Below the pieces are notes generated by a model that searched no databases, was not told the DNA's origin, and saw only the letters and a program-made list of their open reading frames with translations. Both the position numbers and the translations under genes were made by a program. A stretch of 52,461 bases of DNA from Hormoscilla sp. Its GTDB lineage: Bacteria > Cyanobacteriota > Cyanobacteriia > Cyanobacteriales > Desertifilaceae. The stretch lies in contig JBFRWI010000072.1 in NCBI GenBank assembly GCA_051439505.1, positions 1-52,461 of the forward strand, in the 5' to 3' direction. Positions 38,130 to 47,682 of the stretch are shown here, one piece after another. The stretch's first letter is position 1; the number at the start of each line of letters is the position of its first letter.

Positions 38130-38685
38130 ACAATTGCTGGCGATCGATGTAGTCCTGGATGGTCCGAGTCAATGCTTTGTTGTCTCCTCGTTCGCGATAG
38201 GCTGTTGAAGATACTGCTGGAACATTTATATTGGCGATTTCTACCACCGCCCCCATACTCCTCAGCAGATCCAAACCCTCCCGATCGATAGTATAGCCCG
38301 GTCTGGGCACTACGAGCAGCGTCACTTGTGGTAATAGATCTGCCACTTGATACCAACGAGGCAATTGTCTCACTAAGTCAGATCCGATCGCTAGGGTCAA
38401 CTCCCCCTCTGGCCACTGCCCTTTGGCTTTGGCCACGGACTCCAGGGTCCTGGGACTGCTGAGTTCCAGATGCAGACCAATATTTTGCCGCCAATTAATC
38501 TCTGCGATCGCGATCTTTAGCATAGCAGACCTTTGGGACAAAGAGGACTGATTCTCCTTCATGGGATTGTCCGAGGCCCAAACTGCTACCCAGTCATAAT
38601 GTTGAGACAACCAGTTGATTATCGTCTGATGTCCAGTTGTCGGTGGGTCGGCACTCGTGCCAAACAGGGCTATTTTCTTGTTCAT
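38080..38685 (-). CDS. nadD: Nicotinate-nucleotide adenylyltransferase
   Basis: FGTSADPPTTGH, IGSD, SSTAYR. Confidence 0.93.
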   Translation of the reverse strand: MNKKIALFGTSADPPTTGHQTIINWLSQHYDWVAVWASDNPMKENQSSLSQRSAMLKIAIAEINWRQNIGLHLELSSPRTLESVAKAKGQWPEGELTLAIGSDLVRQLPRWYQVADLLPQVTLLVVPRPGYTIDREGLDLLRSMGAVVEIANINVPAVSSTAYRERGDNKALTRTIQDYIDRQQLYDVSRQQQASKQRTLS

Positions 38686-38709
38686 TGTTAATTTTCGATT
38701 TGTCTCCTG

Positions 38710-38765
38710 GCCCGCCGGGGGTTCAAACCCCCGGCTAATAGCTGAAGTCGGTTAAAACCGACTAG
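38710..38765. repeat. Double-hairpin REP-like repeat
   Basis: gccgggggttcaaacccccggc-taatagctga-agtcggttaaaaccgact. Confidence 0.8.
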
Positions 38766-38930
38766 AAATATTTCGATATATTTTTACTGTTTTACCCTCG
38801 TCCCCAGTATCAATTGTTAATTGCTAATTGGTAAAGAAACATGGTTTCTATTGTCACAGCATTTATCATCCTTGATAGCGGCATCCGAAACACTGCTTCT
38901 AGCTTCTACAGACTCTCTAGGAACCATGAA

Positions 38931-40295
38931 CTATGAACCATTAGCTATTGACAGTTGGGTTTTCTCTGTCAACTGCTGTAACTCTGTTGAGATTTCTACC
39001 GATAGCGGGGTAGGATTGTCTAAGCGTCTGGTTGCTGCTGGTAAACTGGCAACGGCAGCAGCAGTCCGTTGGGCGATCGCCTCTAGGGGTTCTGGTTCTG
39101 TCACTCGCCTACCCTGCTGCATCACCAATTCCAGTAATGGCATTTCCCCCTCTATGGGAGATTCACTTGCTAATGCTAAGCGATCGCCTCGCACTTGAGA
39201 ACCCTCAAATTGGCGAAAGATTTGTTTTCTCCCAGGATAGCTGACTTTATCACTGGACTGCTTCATGGTGGGAATGCCATTAATTTCTACCAGTTTATAG
39301 ACCCCATTCACAGGGGATCCAGTCACCAGTTTTGTGCCTATACCATAGCCATCAATGCAGGCACCTGCTGATTTTAACCGGGCAATTTCCCACTCATCTA
39401 TGTCCCCGCTGGCAAAGATCGGCACCCCTGGCAGCAGCGATCGCACCTCTTGGGACAGGGCCACCAGGTCTCCAGAATCTAATCGTACCCCTGCTAACTG
39501 CATTTGGTCTGCTGCTACCTTTTCTGCCAGACCTCGGGCAGCGGCTAGGGTATCGTAGGTATCAATCAATAAGGGGGAACCGGGAAAATAGCGGTGGAAA
39601 ACTGCAAACGCCTGTTCCTCCGTACCTTCTGTAGCCGCGATCGCCATCACCAAAGCATGGGCCATGGTTCCCACCGGCTTGCGTCCCAGATGAATAGCTG
39701 CTAGCACATTAGAGGTGCCATCCAACCCTGCTGCCAATGCCGCCCGGGCCGCCCAAACCGCAGCTTGAGGACTAAAGGCCCGTCTGGTGCCAAACTCCAG
39801 CAGTGGCACCCCCGGACCTGCTACATCCCGCATCCGAGCGGATTTTGTGGCACAAAGAGTTTGATAATTAATTGCATTCAGCAGGCAAGTCTCCACCAGT
39901 TGAGCTTGCCATAATGGGGCCTCCACCCGCAGCAGCGGTTCATTAGGAAAGACCGCCGTTCCTTCTGGCACTGCCCAGACATCCCCGCTGAACTGGCCAT
40001 CTGCCAGCATCGACCAGAAGCTTGCTGGGGCCCTCTCAAAAATGCCAGTCGATCGCAAAGCATCTAGCTGCGTGGAACTAAACTGCCATTTTTCTAAATA
40101 GTCCACAGCTTGAGCCAAACCCATTGCTATCAAATAGCCAAACCCAGCTGGCAGACGGCGGGCGAACAGCTCAAAGCTTGCCGGTGCTGTGTCCAGACTT
40201 TCACCAGCATAACAGGCCCCCATTGTCAGCTGGTAAAGGTCCGTTAACAGGCTGTAATCCGACGGACCGATCGTCAGTTGGAGATCGTCGCTCAC
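38931..40295 (-). CDS. pncB: Nicotinate phosphoribosyltransferase
   Basis: LLTDLYQLTM, EFGTRRA, GTMAH, LIDTYD, VRLDSGD. Confidence 0.96.
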   Translation of the reverse strand: MSDDLQLTIGPSDYSLLTDLYQLTMGACYAGESLDTAPASFELFARRLPAGFGYLIAMGLAQAVDYLEKWQFSSTQLDALRSTGIFERAPASFWSMLADGQFSGDVWAVPEGTAVFPNEPLLRVEAPLWQAQLVETCLLNAINYQTLCATKSARMRDVAGPGVPLLEFGTRRAFSPQAAVWAARAALAAGLDGTSNVLAAIHLGRKPVGTMAHALVMAIAATEGTEEQAFAVFHRYFPGSPLLIDTYDTLAAARGLAEKVAADQMQLAGVRLDSGDLVALSQEVRSLLPGVPIFASGDIDEWEIARLKSAGACIDGYGIGTKLVTGSPVNGVYKLVEINGIPTMKQSSDKVSYPGRKQIFRQFEGSQVRGDRLALASESPIEGEMPLLELVMQQGRRVTEPEPLEAIAQRTAAAVASLPAATRRLDNPTPLSVEISTELQQLTEKTQLSIANGS

Positions 40296-40325
40296 TCTCT
40301 ACTCCTGACTGCGCGTTTCCTTTGA

Positions 40326-40346
40326 TTATAGTAATTTTAACCAAAA
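40326..40346. promoter_or_regulatory. NrtR box 1
   Basis: TTATAGT-AATTTTA-ACCAAAA (GT-N7-AC), 30 bp upstream of pncB. Confidence 0.8.
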
Positions 40347-40420
40347 ATCGTGTTAACAGGGGGTTTCTCATATTTGCAGATCTATCGGGTGTGGTCAAAA
40401 GTAGTTGATAGCGGATTGAC

Positions 40421-40531
40421 TCATACCTTAAACACTGGTGGCGTTGGGTTCGCAGTGGGGTGGATGGGGTTTTGGGTGGGTTGGGTTGGGATTTTTGGCA
40501 TTCCTTGTGTGGAATTTGGCCCGTTGGGCAT
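40421..40531 (-). CDS. Possible 36-aa Pro/Thr/Asn-rich peptide
   Basis: Purine-rich aggaggaaggaaagagg precedes MPNGPNSTQGMPKIPTQPTQNPIHPTANPTPPVFKV*. Confidence 0.3.
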   Translation of the reverse strand: MPNGPNSTQGMPKIPTQPTQNPIHPTANPTPPVFKV

Positions 40532-40641
40532 GGGCCTCTTTCCTTCCTCCTGCTCCTTGGGACTGTTAGACGTCTCTTTGACCCCTACTCATTGCGATCC
40601 CATTCGTTCCCTGTAGCAGCACCTCCTCCCTCCGATCCCAT

Positions 40642-40857
40642 CTAGCGCGGGCAGACGCGATGCAATGCAAAATACCCATGATACTTCCCGGAGCACTCCA
40701 ACTCGCACTTTTCAATTGTTTCGCATCGAATATCATGTAATTGCTGAAAATTGTCGCAGCATCCCCATTCATCCGACGCAAATGCTTGTGCTGTACATGT
40801 TGCGCTCATGATTACGAAGGCCATTGCCAGGACTATGGCTTTGCAGATATTATTCAT
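40642..40857 (-). CDS. Small secreted cysteine-rich peptide
   Basis: Sec signal ending in A-x-A (AQA/AFA); mature part has 6 Cys (CC-x10-C-x5-C-x3-C-x13-C). Confidence 0.65.
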   Translation of the reverse strand: MNNICKAIVLAMAFVIMSATCTAQAFASDEWGCCDNFQQLHDIRCETIEKCELECSGKYHGYFALHRVCPR

Positions 40858-41472
40858 TGTTTTCTCTCTCTAAACCCAAGGTATTACAAAGCATTCATCT
40901 TTCGTTTTCAGCCAGAACCATATGTTTGGGGCCGTGGTTTTTCTAATTGACTCAAGGTCTAGTGTTCCCATCCTTCGGGTTCCCTTGATCATCCGCTGAC
41001 TTGAACGGACGATCCCCATAATTTCCGGTTGAGACTTTAGGATATGTGACCAGATAAAATATAACTGATGATTTCGCCAGAGTACATTGGTATTAATACC
41101 AGTTTAGCCGATGAGGCATGATGGGTTTGTTGTTTCCTAGGGTTGTAGTGTCGCACTTATGACCACCTCTGCTACCGGGTGCCAGTGTAGGACATGCTAT
41201 TATGTGCTGATGATGCTGATGATCTGCTCCTGTGTCCCATGCGCAACGCTGGTCCTTTTCGGCTTCGGTGGTGTAAGGATTTGGGGTGGATCGCCTCCCA
41301 AATCACTCCCACACCCACCACTTCGCGGAATTCAAAATTCAGAATTCAGAATTCAAAATTCGTGGGGAGCAAGGTTTTGATCCCTGAAGGGGTTACATGA
41401 GCACTCAAACGCTTACTATGTTTCGGTCGTGGCAATTTAAATGCGCGACAGCTTAATGGGGGTTTTGAGAAC

Positions 41473-41640
41473 AACAACGGCTAATGAGCAACAAACCGTT
41501 GTTCTTCGGTAATTGTTGCACCGAAGCGTTCATTTTGAGGCTCGGTAGCAGAACCCGAGGCCCTGTAGGAGTTTCAGCAGTTATTATCGAACTGAACCAG
41601 TGCCCGAAAGTGTAATCATCTATATGTTATCCGTAATCAC
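41473..41640 (-). other. Densely structured non-coding segment, possible mobile-element RNA remnant
   Basis: Four consecutive hairpins, at about 41473-41503, 41504-41526, 41541-41559 and 41573-41596. Strand assignment is tentative. Confidence 0.4.
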
Positions 41641-41796
41641 CGGTAAAATCAGAGAATGTGCAACGCAGAATTGCTTATGACCAGTATTACGCCTGCTCTT
41701 CCCCCTGGGTAAGGCTTGGATCCCATGCTCCAAACCTGGTTACAGGAGGATATTGGTCGGACCGATCGCACGACGTCGGCCCTCCTAGGAACGGAT

Positions 41797-42193
41797 GTTG
41801 AGCTTGCCATAACGGGGCCTCCACCCGCAGCACCGGTTCATGAGGAAAGACCGCCGTTCCTTCTGGCACTGCCCAGACATCCCCGCTGAACTGGCCATCT
41901 GCCAGCATCGACCAGAAGCTTGCTGGGGCCCCCTCAAAAATACCAGTCGATCGCAAAGCATCCAGTTGGGTGGAACTAAACTGCCATTTCTCTAGGTAGT
42001 CTACAGCTTGAGCCAAACCCATTGCGATCAAATAGCCAAACCCAGCTGGCAGACGGCGGGCGAACAGCTCAAAGCTTGCCGGTGCTGTTTCCAGACCTTC
42101 ACCGGCATAACAGGCTCCCATTGTCAGTTGATAAAGGTCTGTTAACAGGCTATAATCCGAGGGGGCGATCGTCAGTTGGAGATCTTCCCTCAC
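41797..42193 (-). pseudogene. pncB: Duplicated 5' third of pncB
   Basis: Near-identical to pncB up to LWQAQ, then unrelated sequence to a stop at 41687. Confidence 0.93.
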
Positions 42194-42217
42194 TCTCTGC
42201 CTGCGCGTTTCCTTTGA

Positions 42218-42238
42218 TTATAGTAATTTTCACCAAAA
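42218..42238. promoter_or_regulatory. NrtR box 2
   Basis: TTATAGT-AATTTTC-ACCAAAA. Confidence 0.78.
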
Positions 42239-42440
42239 GTCGTGTTAACATAATTTAACGTCCCGTGAATTCGGTAAACCGGTAGAGTGCCGATCGCGCG
42301 CCAATCTGTTAAAATTCACTCAGCTCAGCTAAGTATATATATGTATTACATAGTCAGTATAAGTAATACAAAAAACACAGCAAAAGTGAAATTCGCATAC
42401 TGGCATCATTTTTTTCAATGAGCAATCTATAGCAAGTAAT

Positions 42441-43760
42441 ATGGTCCTCCCCAGAAAATACACCCTGAGATGTAGAAAGTGTGGAGCAGAGTATGAACCG
42501 AGCCCGGGACGTTTGGTTTGCGATCGCGATCACGCCCCCGCATTACTCTTTGCGTCCTACACCCAGAAACACCTTGAAGTCAAAAATAATCTACCGGGGC
42601 TATTCCGCTTCATCGATTGGCTTCCTGTAGAGAATACTCTGGATGTGGAAGGCAAACCGATAACTTACGAAAGCAAGAAACTGGCCCATCATCTGGGATT
42701 AAAGAATCTTTTTATCAGTTTTAACGGCTATTGGCCGGAGCGCAATGCCCGCCTACTTACCTGCTCCTTTAAGGAATTGGAAGCTCCCGTCGTCCTGGCC
42801 AGAAGAGATGGCGTCCCCGGTCGAATTGTCGTTGCCTCAGCAGGCAATACAGGACGCGCCTTTTGTTACATCTGCTCCCGGACCCAATTTCCCCTCTGCC
42901 TCGTCCTACCCGAACAAAACCTCTCTGCCCTGTGGTTACCCACAACCGGAGACACCAATAGCATTTGCCTGGTCGCTGCCAGTGGCAGTTGTGATTACTA
43001 CGACGCCATTCATCTTGCCAAACACATCGGTGATTTACCAGGGTGCTTCCCCGAAGGAGGAGCCAGCAACGTTGCCCGCCGCGATGGCATGGGCGTGACC
43101 GTGCTGGATGCTGCTGTGGAGCTTGGCCGTATCCCCGATCACTACTTCCAAGCCGTTGGCTCCGGTACCGGTGGCATCGCCGCCTGGGAAGCCAATCTGC
43201 GCCTCCTAGAGGACGGTCGGTTTGGCGGACGGCGCATGCAGCTTCACCTCGCTCAAAACCAGCCTTTTACACCCATGACAGATGCCTGGAAGGCCCGCAG
43301 CCCGTCCATCAGCCCCCTGTCAGAGACAGATGCCAAAACTTCTATCAGTCAAGTCTCGGCCAAAGTCCTCTCGAACCGACAACCAGCCTACGCTCTCTCT
43401 GGGGGATTGTATGACGCACTGATTGATTCCAATGGTGAAATGTACGCTGTATCCAATCAAGAATCAGACCAGGCCAGGGCCCTCTTCCAAACATTAGAAG
43501 GCATTGATATTAGTCCAGCGGCGGGGGTCGCAACGGCTAGTTTATTACAGGCCGTGGACGGAGGATTAGTTGGGCCGCAAGATTACATTTTGCTCAATAT
43601 CACCAGTGGCGGGTACCAGCGCCTGCAGCAGGATTTTCAGCTCCAATCTCTAAAACCTGATATCGCTTTTGCTAACGAGGATATACTGCCCGATCGGGTT
43701 GCTACAGGTATGAAGATTCTCTTGCAATCTACCCATAGCTCTGTCGCCAAAAAACCTTGA
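42441..43760 (+). CDS. Cysteate synthase (PLP enzyme, threonine-synthase-like)
   Basis: N-terminal CxxC; FNGYWPERNA..TCSFKELEA, ASAGNTGRAF, NVARRDGMG, YFQAVGSGTGGIAAWEA, LNITSGG. Confidence 0.85.
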   Translation: MVLPRKYTLRCRKCGAEYEPSPGRLVCDRDHAPALLFASYTQKHLEVKNNLPGLFRFIDWLPVENTLDVEGKPITYESKKLAHHLGLKNLFISFNGYWPERNARLLTCSFKELEAPVVLARRDGVPGRIVVASAGNTGRAFCYICSRTQFPLCLVLPEQNLSALWLPTTGDTNSICLVAASGSCDYYDAIHLAKHIGDLPGCFPEGGASNVARRDGMGVTVLDAAVELGRIPDHYFQAVGSGTGGIAAWEANLRLLEDGRFGGRRMQLHLAQNQPFTPMTDAWKARSPSISPLSETDAKTSISQVSAKVLSNRQPAYALSGGLYDALIDSNGEMYAVSNQESDQARALFQTLEGIDISPAAGVATASLLQAVDGGLVGPQDYILLNITSGGYQRLQQDFQLQSLKPDIAFANEDILPDRVATGMKILLQSTHSSVAKKP

Positions 43761-43877
43761 ACGATCGGGTCAAACCACTTCGTCGATGAGGTATCAACGC
43801 AGTCATGAACCTTTCTCGAACTCACGTTAATTGGCAATTTTGGCGGGGACACTGCATATTTGCAAAAATATTAATGT

Positions 43878-43964
43878 CGTAGGTTGGGTTGAGGCACGAA
43901 ACCCAACAAATAAATGTTGTATGCGTTGCCCTTGTTGGGTTTCCTAACGTCAACCCAACCTACG
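43878..43964. repeat. GTAG-type REP inverted pair between convergent genes
   Basis: cgtaggttgggttga..gaaacccaac / gttgggtttc..tcaacccaacctacg. Confidence 0.8.
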
Positions 43965-43968
43965 AATG

Positions 43969-45642
43969 TCAAAAGTGCAGTGTACCCATTTTGGCGGACT
44001 TATGCCAACAATCTCCCTGAATCAGGGTATGGACTTGCCAATCAGTAGAGGTTTGAGGATAATCGTTGCGGTAATGTCCGCCTCGGCTTTCTGTGCGCCA
44101 TACAGCACTTTTCAAGATTAAATAAGCAACATCAGCCAAATTGAGGGTTTCTGCAGCTAGCCTCAGGTGCTGTTCGGCCCGATCGGAGCTTAATTCTACT
44201 GTTTGGTTGGGGGATCCCTTGAGTAAGTATTGCATCACATCCAAATCCGTGAGTTGAGAACGCCAAATACTCAGTTGTGAGATTGCTTCTTCAAGCATGG
44301 CTTGAGAGCGACAAATTCCAGCCGTTTCCCACATGAGTTTAGGTAAATTTTGTCTAATGGCGCGAACCTCATCCATCTCATTGTTCCAGTCCAGTGGTTG
44401 TCTCTTCACCGGCAGTTCCCGATCTCCAAGAGCATCATCAACAGTATCTTTAGCGTGAACAGTCAGATGGGAGAAGTTGGCTGCAAAAACAATGCATTCT
44501 AGTAGAGAATTACTTGCCAAACGATTCGCACCATGTACCCCAGTACTTGCAGTTTCGCCCACAGCATAGAGTCCCCCGATCGAGGTACAATTTTCCAAAT
44601 TTGTCGCAACTCCCCCCATCCAGTAATGAGCCGCAGGAGCGACAGGAATCGGTTCTGTAAACAAATCAAAGCCCCACTGTTGACAAGCTTGCACAATGCT
44701 GGGAAAACGATCGCGCATCCTCTGGGCCTTTATGGGTCGCAAATCCAAGTAAACACAATAGGGATCGGGGTTGGTTTTCTGCAAGTGAGAGAAAATTGCC
44801 CGACTCACCACATCCCTAGGTGCCAACTCTCCATCCCGATGATAGTCAAAAGCAAAACGCTGTCCTTTGGCATTGACTAAATGTGCCCCTTCCCCCCGTA
44901 CAACCTCAGTAATCAAGAAACGGGGGATTCCGTTGACTGTTATGGCCGTCGGATGAAATTGGAAAAACTCCGGATCTCGGATTAAGGCCCCTGCACGCCA
45001 AGCTAGAGCAACGCCATCCCCAGTTATGACCGTAGGATTTGTAGTGTGGGAAAAAACTTGACCGCTACCGCCACTCGCTAACACCACAGCACCAGCTCTC
45101 ACCCAACGAATATATCCGCGATCGAGGAGACTCACCCCCTGACAGTTCCCTGTGGCTTCATTAAGCCACAAACTCAAGGCAAACGCCTGGGAAAACACCT
45201 GAATGTTTTTACGTGCCAAAACTTGAGCCGCGAGCACATCAATCAGCGCTTTTCCAGTCGTTTCACCATAATGGAGGACACGGGGGCGAGAGTGTGCTGC
45301 TTCTAGCGCCAAGGCGAGTTTCTGACCGTGGCTGTCAAAGGGAACTCCCATCTCTAGAAGAGACTCGATCGCACTAGGAGCATTAGAGGCTAAAAATTTG
45401 ACCGCTTCTGGCTCGCAAAGACCTGCACCAGCCTTGAGGGTATCTTCCCAATGGGATAAGGGAGTATCGTCGGGATCGATCGCCGCAGCAATACCTCGTG
45501 CCCATCTGCTCGCTCCCGTTTTCAGGGTCTCTTTAGTAATCAACCCCACTTGCAGGTGGCTAGGCAAGCACAAAGCGGTATAGAGCCCTGCTGCACCAGA
45601 GCCAATGATGAGGATATCTAACTGGGAGGGAATATTTGGCAT
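43969..45642 (-). CDS. nadB: L-aspartate oxidase, divergent second copy
   Basis: GSGAAG, QFHPT, LAPRDVV, AAHYWMGG, HGANRLASNSL; WAQGG motif shortened to WARG. Confidence 0.93.
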   Translation of the reverse strand: MPNIPSQLDILIIGSGAAGLYTALCLPSHLQVGLITKETLKTGASRWARGIAAAIDPDDTPLSHWEDTLKAGAGLCEPEAVKFLASNAPSAIESLLEMGVPFDSHGQKLALALEAAHSRPRVLHYGETTGKALIDVLAAQVLARKNIQVFSQAFALSLWLNEATGNCQGVSLLDRGYIRWVRAGAVVLASGGSGQVFSHTTNPTVITGDGVALAWRAGALIRDPEFFQFHPTAITVNGIPRFLITEVVRGEGAHLVNAKGQRFAFDYHRDGELAPRDVVSRAIFSHLQKTNPDPYCVYLDLRPIKAQRMRDRFPSIVQACQQWGFDLFTEPIPVAPAAHYWMGGVATNLENCTSIGGLYAVGETASTGVHGANRLASNSLLECIVFAANFSHLTVHAKDTVDDALGDRELPVKRQPLDWNNEMDEVRAIRQNLPKLMWETAGICRSQAMLEEAISQLSIWRSQLTDLDVMQYLLKGSPNQTVELSSDRAEQHLRLAAETLNLADVAYLILKSAVWRTESRGGHYRNDYPQTSTDWQVHTLIQGDCWHKSAKMGTLHF

Positions 45643-45775
45643 TTTCAGGGATTACATAGATAAATTTTATGGTCTTGCATCATCTTGCCCATCATCCTTT
45701 GGGCAGTGGGGGTGCATCTCACTCCCTTGCTCCGCCAGGGAACGAGGATAAAACACTTTTTATACAAGGCTGGAG

Positions 45776-45829
45776 AGTGGGTTTTAACCCACTTTAGCTA
45801 TTAGCCCGGGGTTTGAACCCCGGGCGGGC
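45776..45829. repeat. Double-hairpin REP-like repeat
   Basis: agtgggttttaacccact-ttagctatta-gcccggggtttgaaccccgggc. Confidence 0.8.
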
Positions 45830-45862
45830 CATGAGGCTAATTGAGAATGCAGAAAAAGCAAT

Positions 45863-47563
45863 TTATGCAATTGTACCAAAACAAGATTCTTTTAAACAAA
45901 CTCCTTTGCTAACTTCTTTGTCATCTATTACTAAAATCGCCTCCCTATATTCCAAGATCAGGTTACTTTCCATCCTTGATGTTTGATTTCGCAGAATGCT
46001 TGACCAAGTGGCAAAGCAATTATCTAATTTCAGGTGATACATCTTGTTTTCAATGCATGCACGAACACTTGTTTGGCGATGATAAGAATTTTTCGTGCGC
46101 AACGATATTTCCTTTGCCCTTGGGGAATTATTGAGTTTGGAAGTATAGAGGAGATTGAAATGATTGTTATCTTCTCGGCCAAATGTGGCATCAGCACTCC
46201 AAATAATTCCGTAATCAGGTAAAAGTGCATAAACAAAATGGTAGCCCCAAAACCTGGGATAATTTCCCTCATAAATTTTGCAATACCCTTCCCCTTTTTG
46301 AGTGCCCTTATCTGTATGGACTGTACATCGAAGTTGTGGCTGATGGATAACATCCCGTTGATTTTCCTCACCCGGAACACCCCAAGTGAATTGGCTCGTC
46401 ACTTCAAATTGCAGTTCTAGATTTGCTTCGGGCAAGCAAATCTTTCCAGCTTGATTGTTTTTTTCGATAGAGATATGGTTAGCTGAGCTTCTTTGTTCGC
46501 AGGTATTAATCAGTTCTCGGGAATTGCCATGACGGTCACTCCACCAAGCAGAGTAATGCTCGATCGTTTTGGTTTTAAAATGTCTGAGAGCAATGAGAGA
46601 GCCGTCTTCGAGAAAGAAATGGTATTGCTCATTGTAAACAGAAGTCAAAGGGGAGAAATAGATTTCAGGTACTTGATGAATCTGTGGAGCATAAGGTTTC
46701 TTCGCAGCGATCAATGCTCCACCAATGTTACCACTTTGAAACATATCCCGACCGATTCTGTACAATCGACTGCGGCGTTCGTAAACCTCTTCACCGAATA
46801 TTTTGATTGATTCTTCTTTGGACTCGATGAATTTCTGATAGCGTTCTACTTTACAACCTTGCCATCCTGTTGTTAAATCTATGAAACAAATGTCAGTAAA
46901 GCCCGCACGCTCTAAGTGATATCGGTAGGCTTCACGGCTCGGCACGTAAGGGGATTTAAATACTTCTTTGAGAGTTGTTTTTATTTCTGATGTCAGGGGG
47001 CAATTGGCAACGTAATCCTCAATGTAGATGCGGCCATTCTCTTTCAAAGATTGAAAACAAATTTCCAGCACTTGGTCCCGTTCTTCAATGTGTAGCAGGG
47101 AGAGAAAAGAAATGATGTTGTCAAATGAACTGGGTAACAGGGCATCTCTGATTTGGGAACTGAGAACATTGCCAGTCAGGTATTGGATGCGCCGATCTAA
47201 TCCCATCCGTTGGGTGAGTTCTTGGGCAATCTCACTAAAGTCCTTTCTTAATTCCACACATTGGAAGTGACATCCCGTTTTATAGCTAATATATCGTGCC
47301 GGTCCACCCACACCGCTTCCTATATCCAAAACGCGAGAGTTGGGATTAAGTGACAAATAATTGATGGCCCGATCGCAAGCTTGGCTACCAAAGTAATGAT
47401 ATTGATCCAGATGACCCAATGAGAGCAAATCTTGAATATCTAAATTCCCGATCGCTTTTCCTTTTTCTTTAAGTGCTTGACGAATACTATCAACGCGCCA
47501 GTCGTAAAGTAAAGCCGTCTCTTGTGACAGAGAAGATTGATTTTCCGATGATGGTAATGTCAT
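45863..47563 (-). CDS. SAM-dependent methyltransferase (sarcosine/dimethylglycine N-methyltransferase-like) fused to an unknown beta-rich C-terminal domain
   Basis: LDQYHYFG, motif I VLDIGSGVGGPARY, FDNIIS..LLHI, LKENGRIYIED; residues about 300-566 not recognised. Confidence 0.85.
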   Translation of the reverse strand: MTLPSSENQSSLSQETALLYDWRVDSIRQALKEKGKAIGNLDIQDLLSLGHLDQYHYFGSQACDRAINYLSLNPNSRVLDIGSGVGGPARYISYKTGCHFQCVELRKDFSEIAQELTQRMGLDRRIQYLTGNVLSSQIRDALLPSSFDNIISFLSLLHIEERDQVLEICFQSLKENGRIYIEDYVANCPLTSEIKTTLKEVFKSPYVPSREAYRYHLERAGFTDICFIDLTTGWQGCKVERYQKFIESKEESIKIFGEEVYERRSRLYRIGRDMFQSGNIGGALIAAKKPYAPQIHQVPEIYFSPLTSVYNEQYHFFLEDGSLIALRHFKTKTIEHYSAWWSDRHGNSRELINTCEQRSSANHISIEKNNQAGKICLPEANLELQFEVTSQFTWGVPGEENQRDVIHQPQLRCTVHTDKGTQKGEGYCKIYEGNYPRFWGYHFVYALLPDYGIIWSADATFGREDNNHFNLLYTSKLNNSPRAKEISLRTKNSYHRQTSVRACIENKMYHLKLDNCFATWSSILRNQTSRMESNLILEYREAILVIDDKEVSKGVCLKESCFGTIA

Positions 47564-47682
47564 AATTATTTTCAGGTAAGAGCATCTCTAAACTCCATCC
47601 GGCTTGAGTAGCGGAGTTTTGACTGCGGCCAAACTCCACTACTGGACTACTCACCCCGGACAATATATCCCGCAACTTGATA

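Noticed and set aside
41159..41400. Cys-rich plus-strand ORFs of 73 and 68 aa
   Set aside because: No SD or signal peptide, and both run into an attcaga/attcaaa heptamer repeat.
41687..42193. Functional short PncB variant
   Set aside because: It lacks all downstream catalytic motifs (EFGTRR, GTMAH, RLDSGD), and the last ~36 codons are unrelated read-through.
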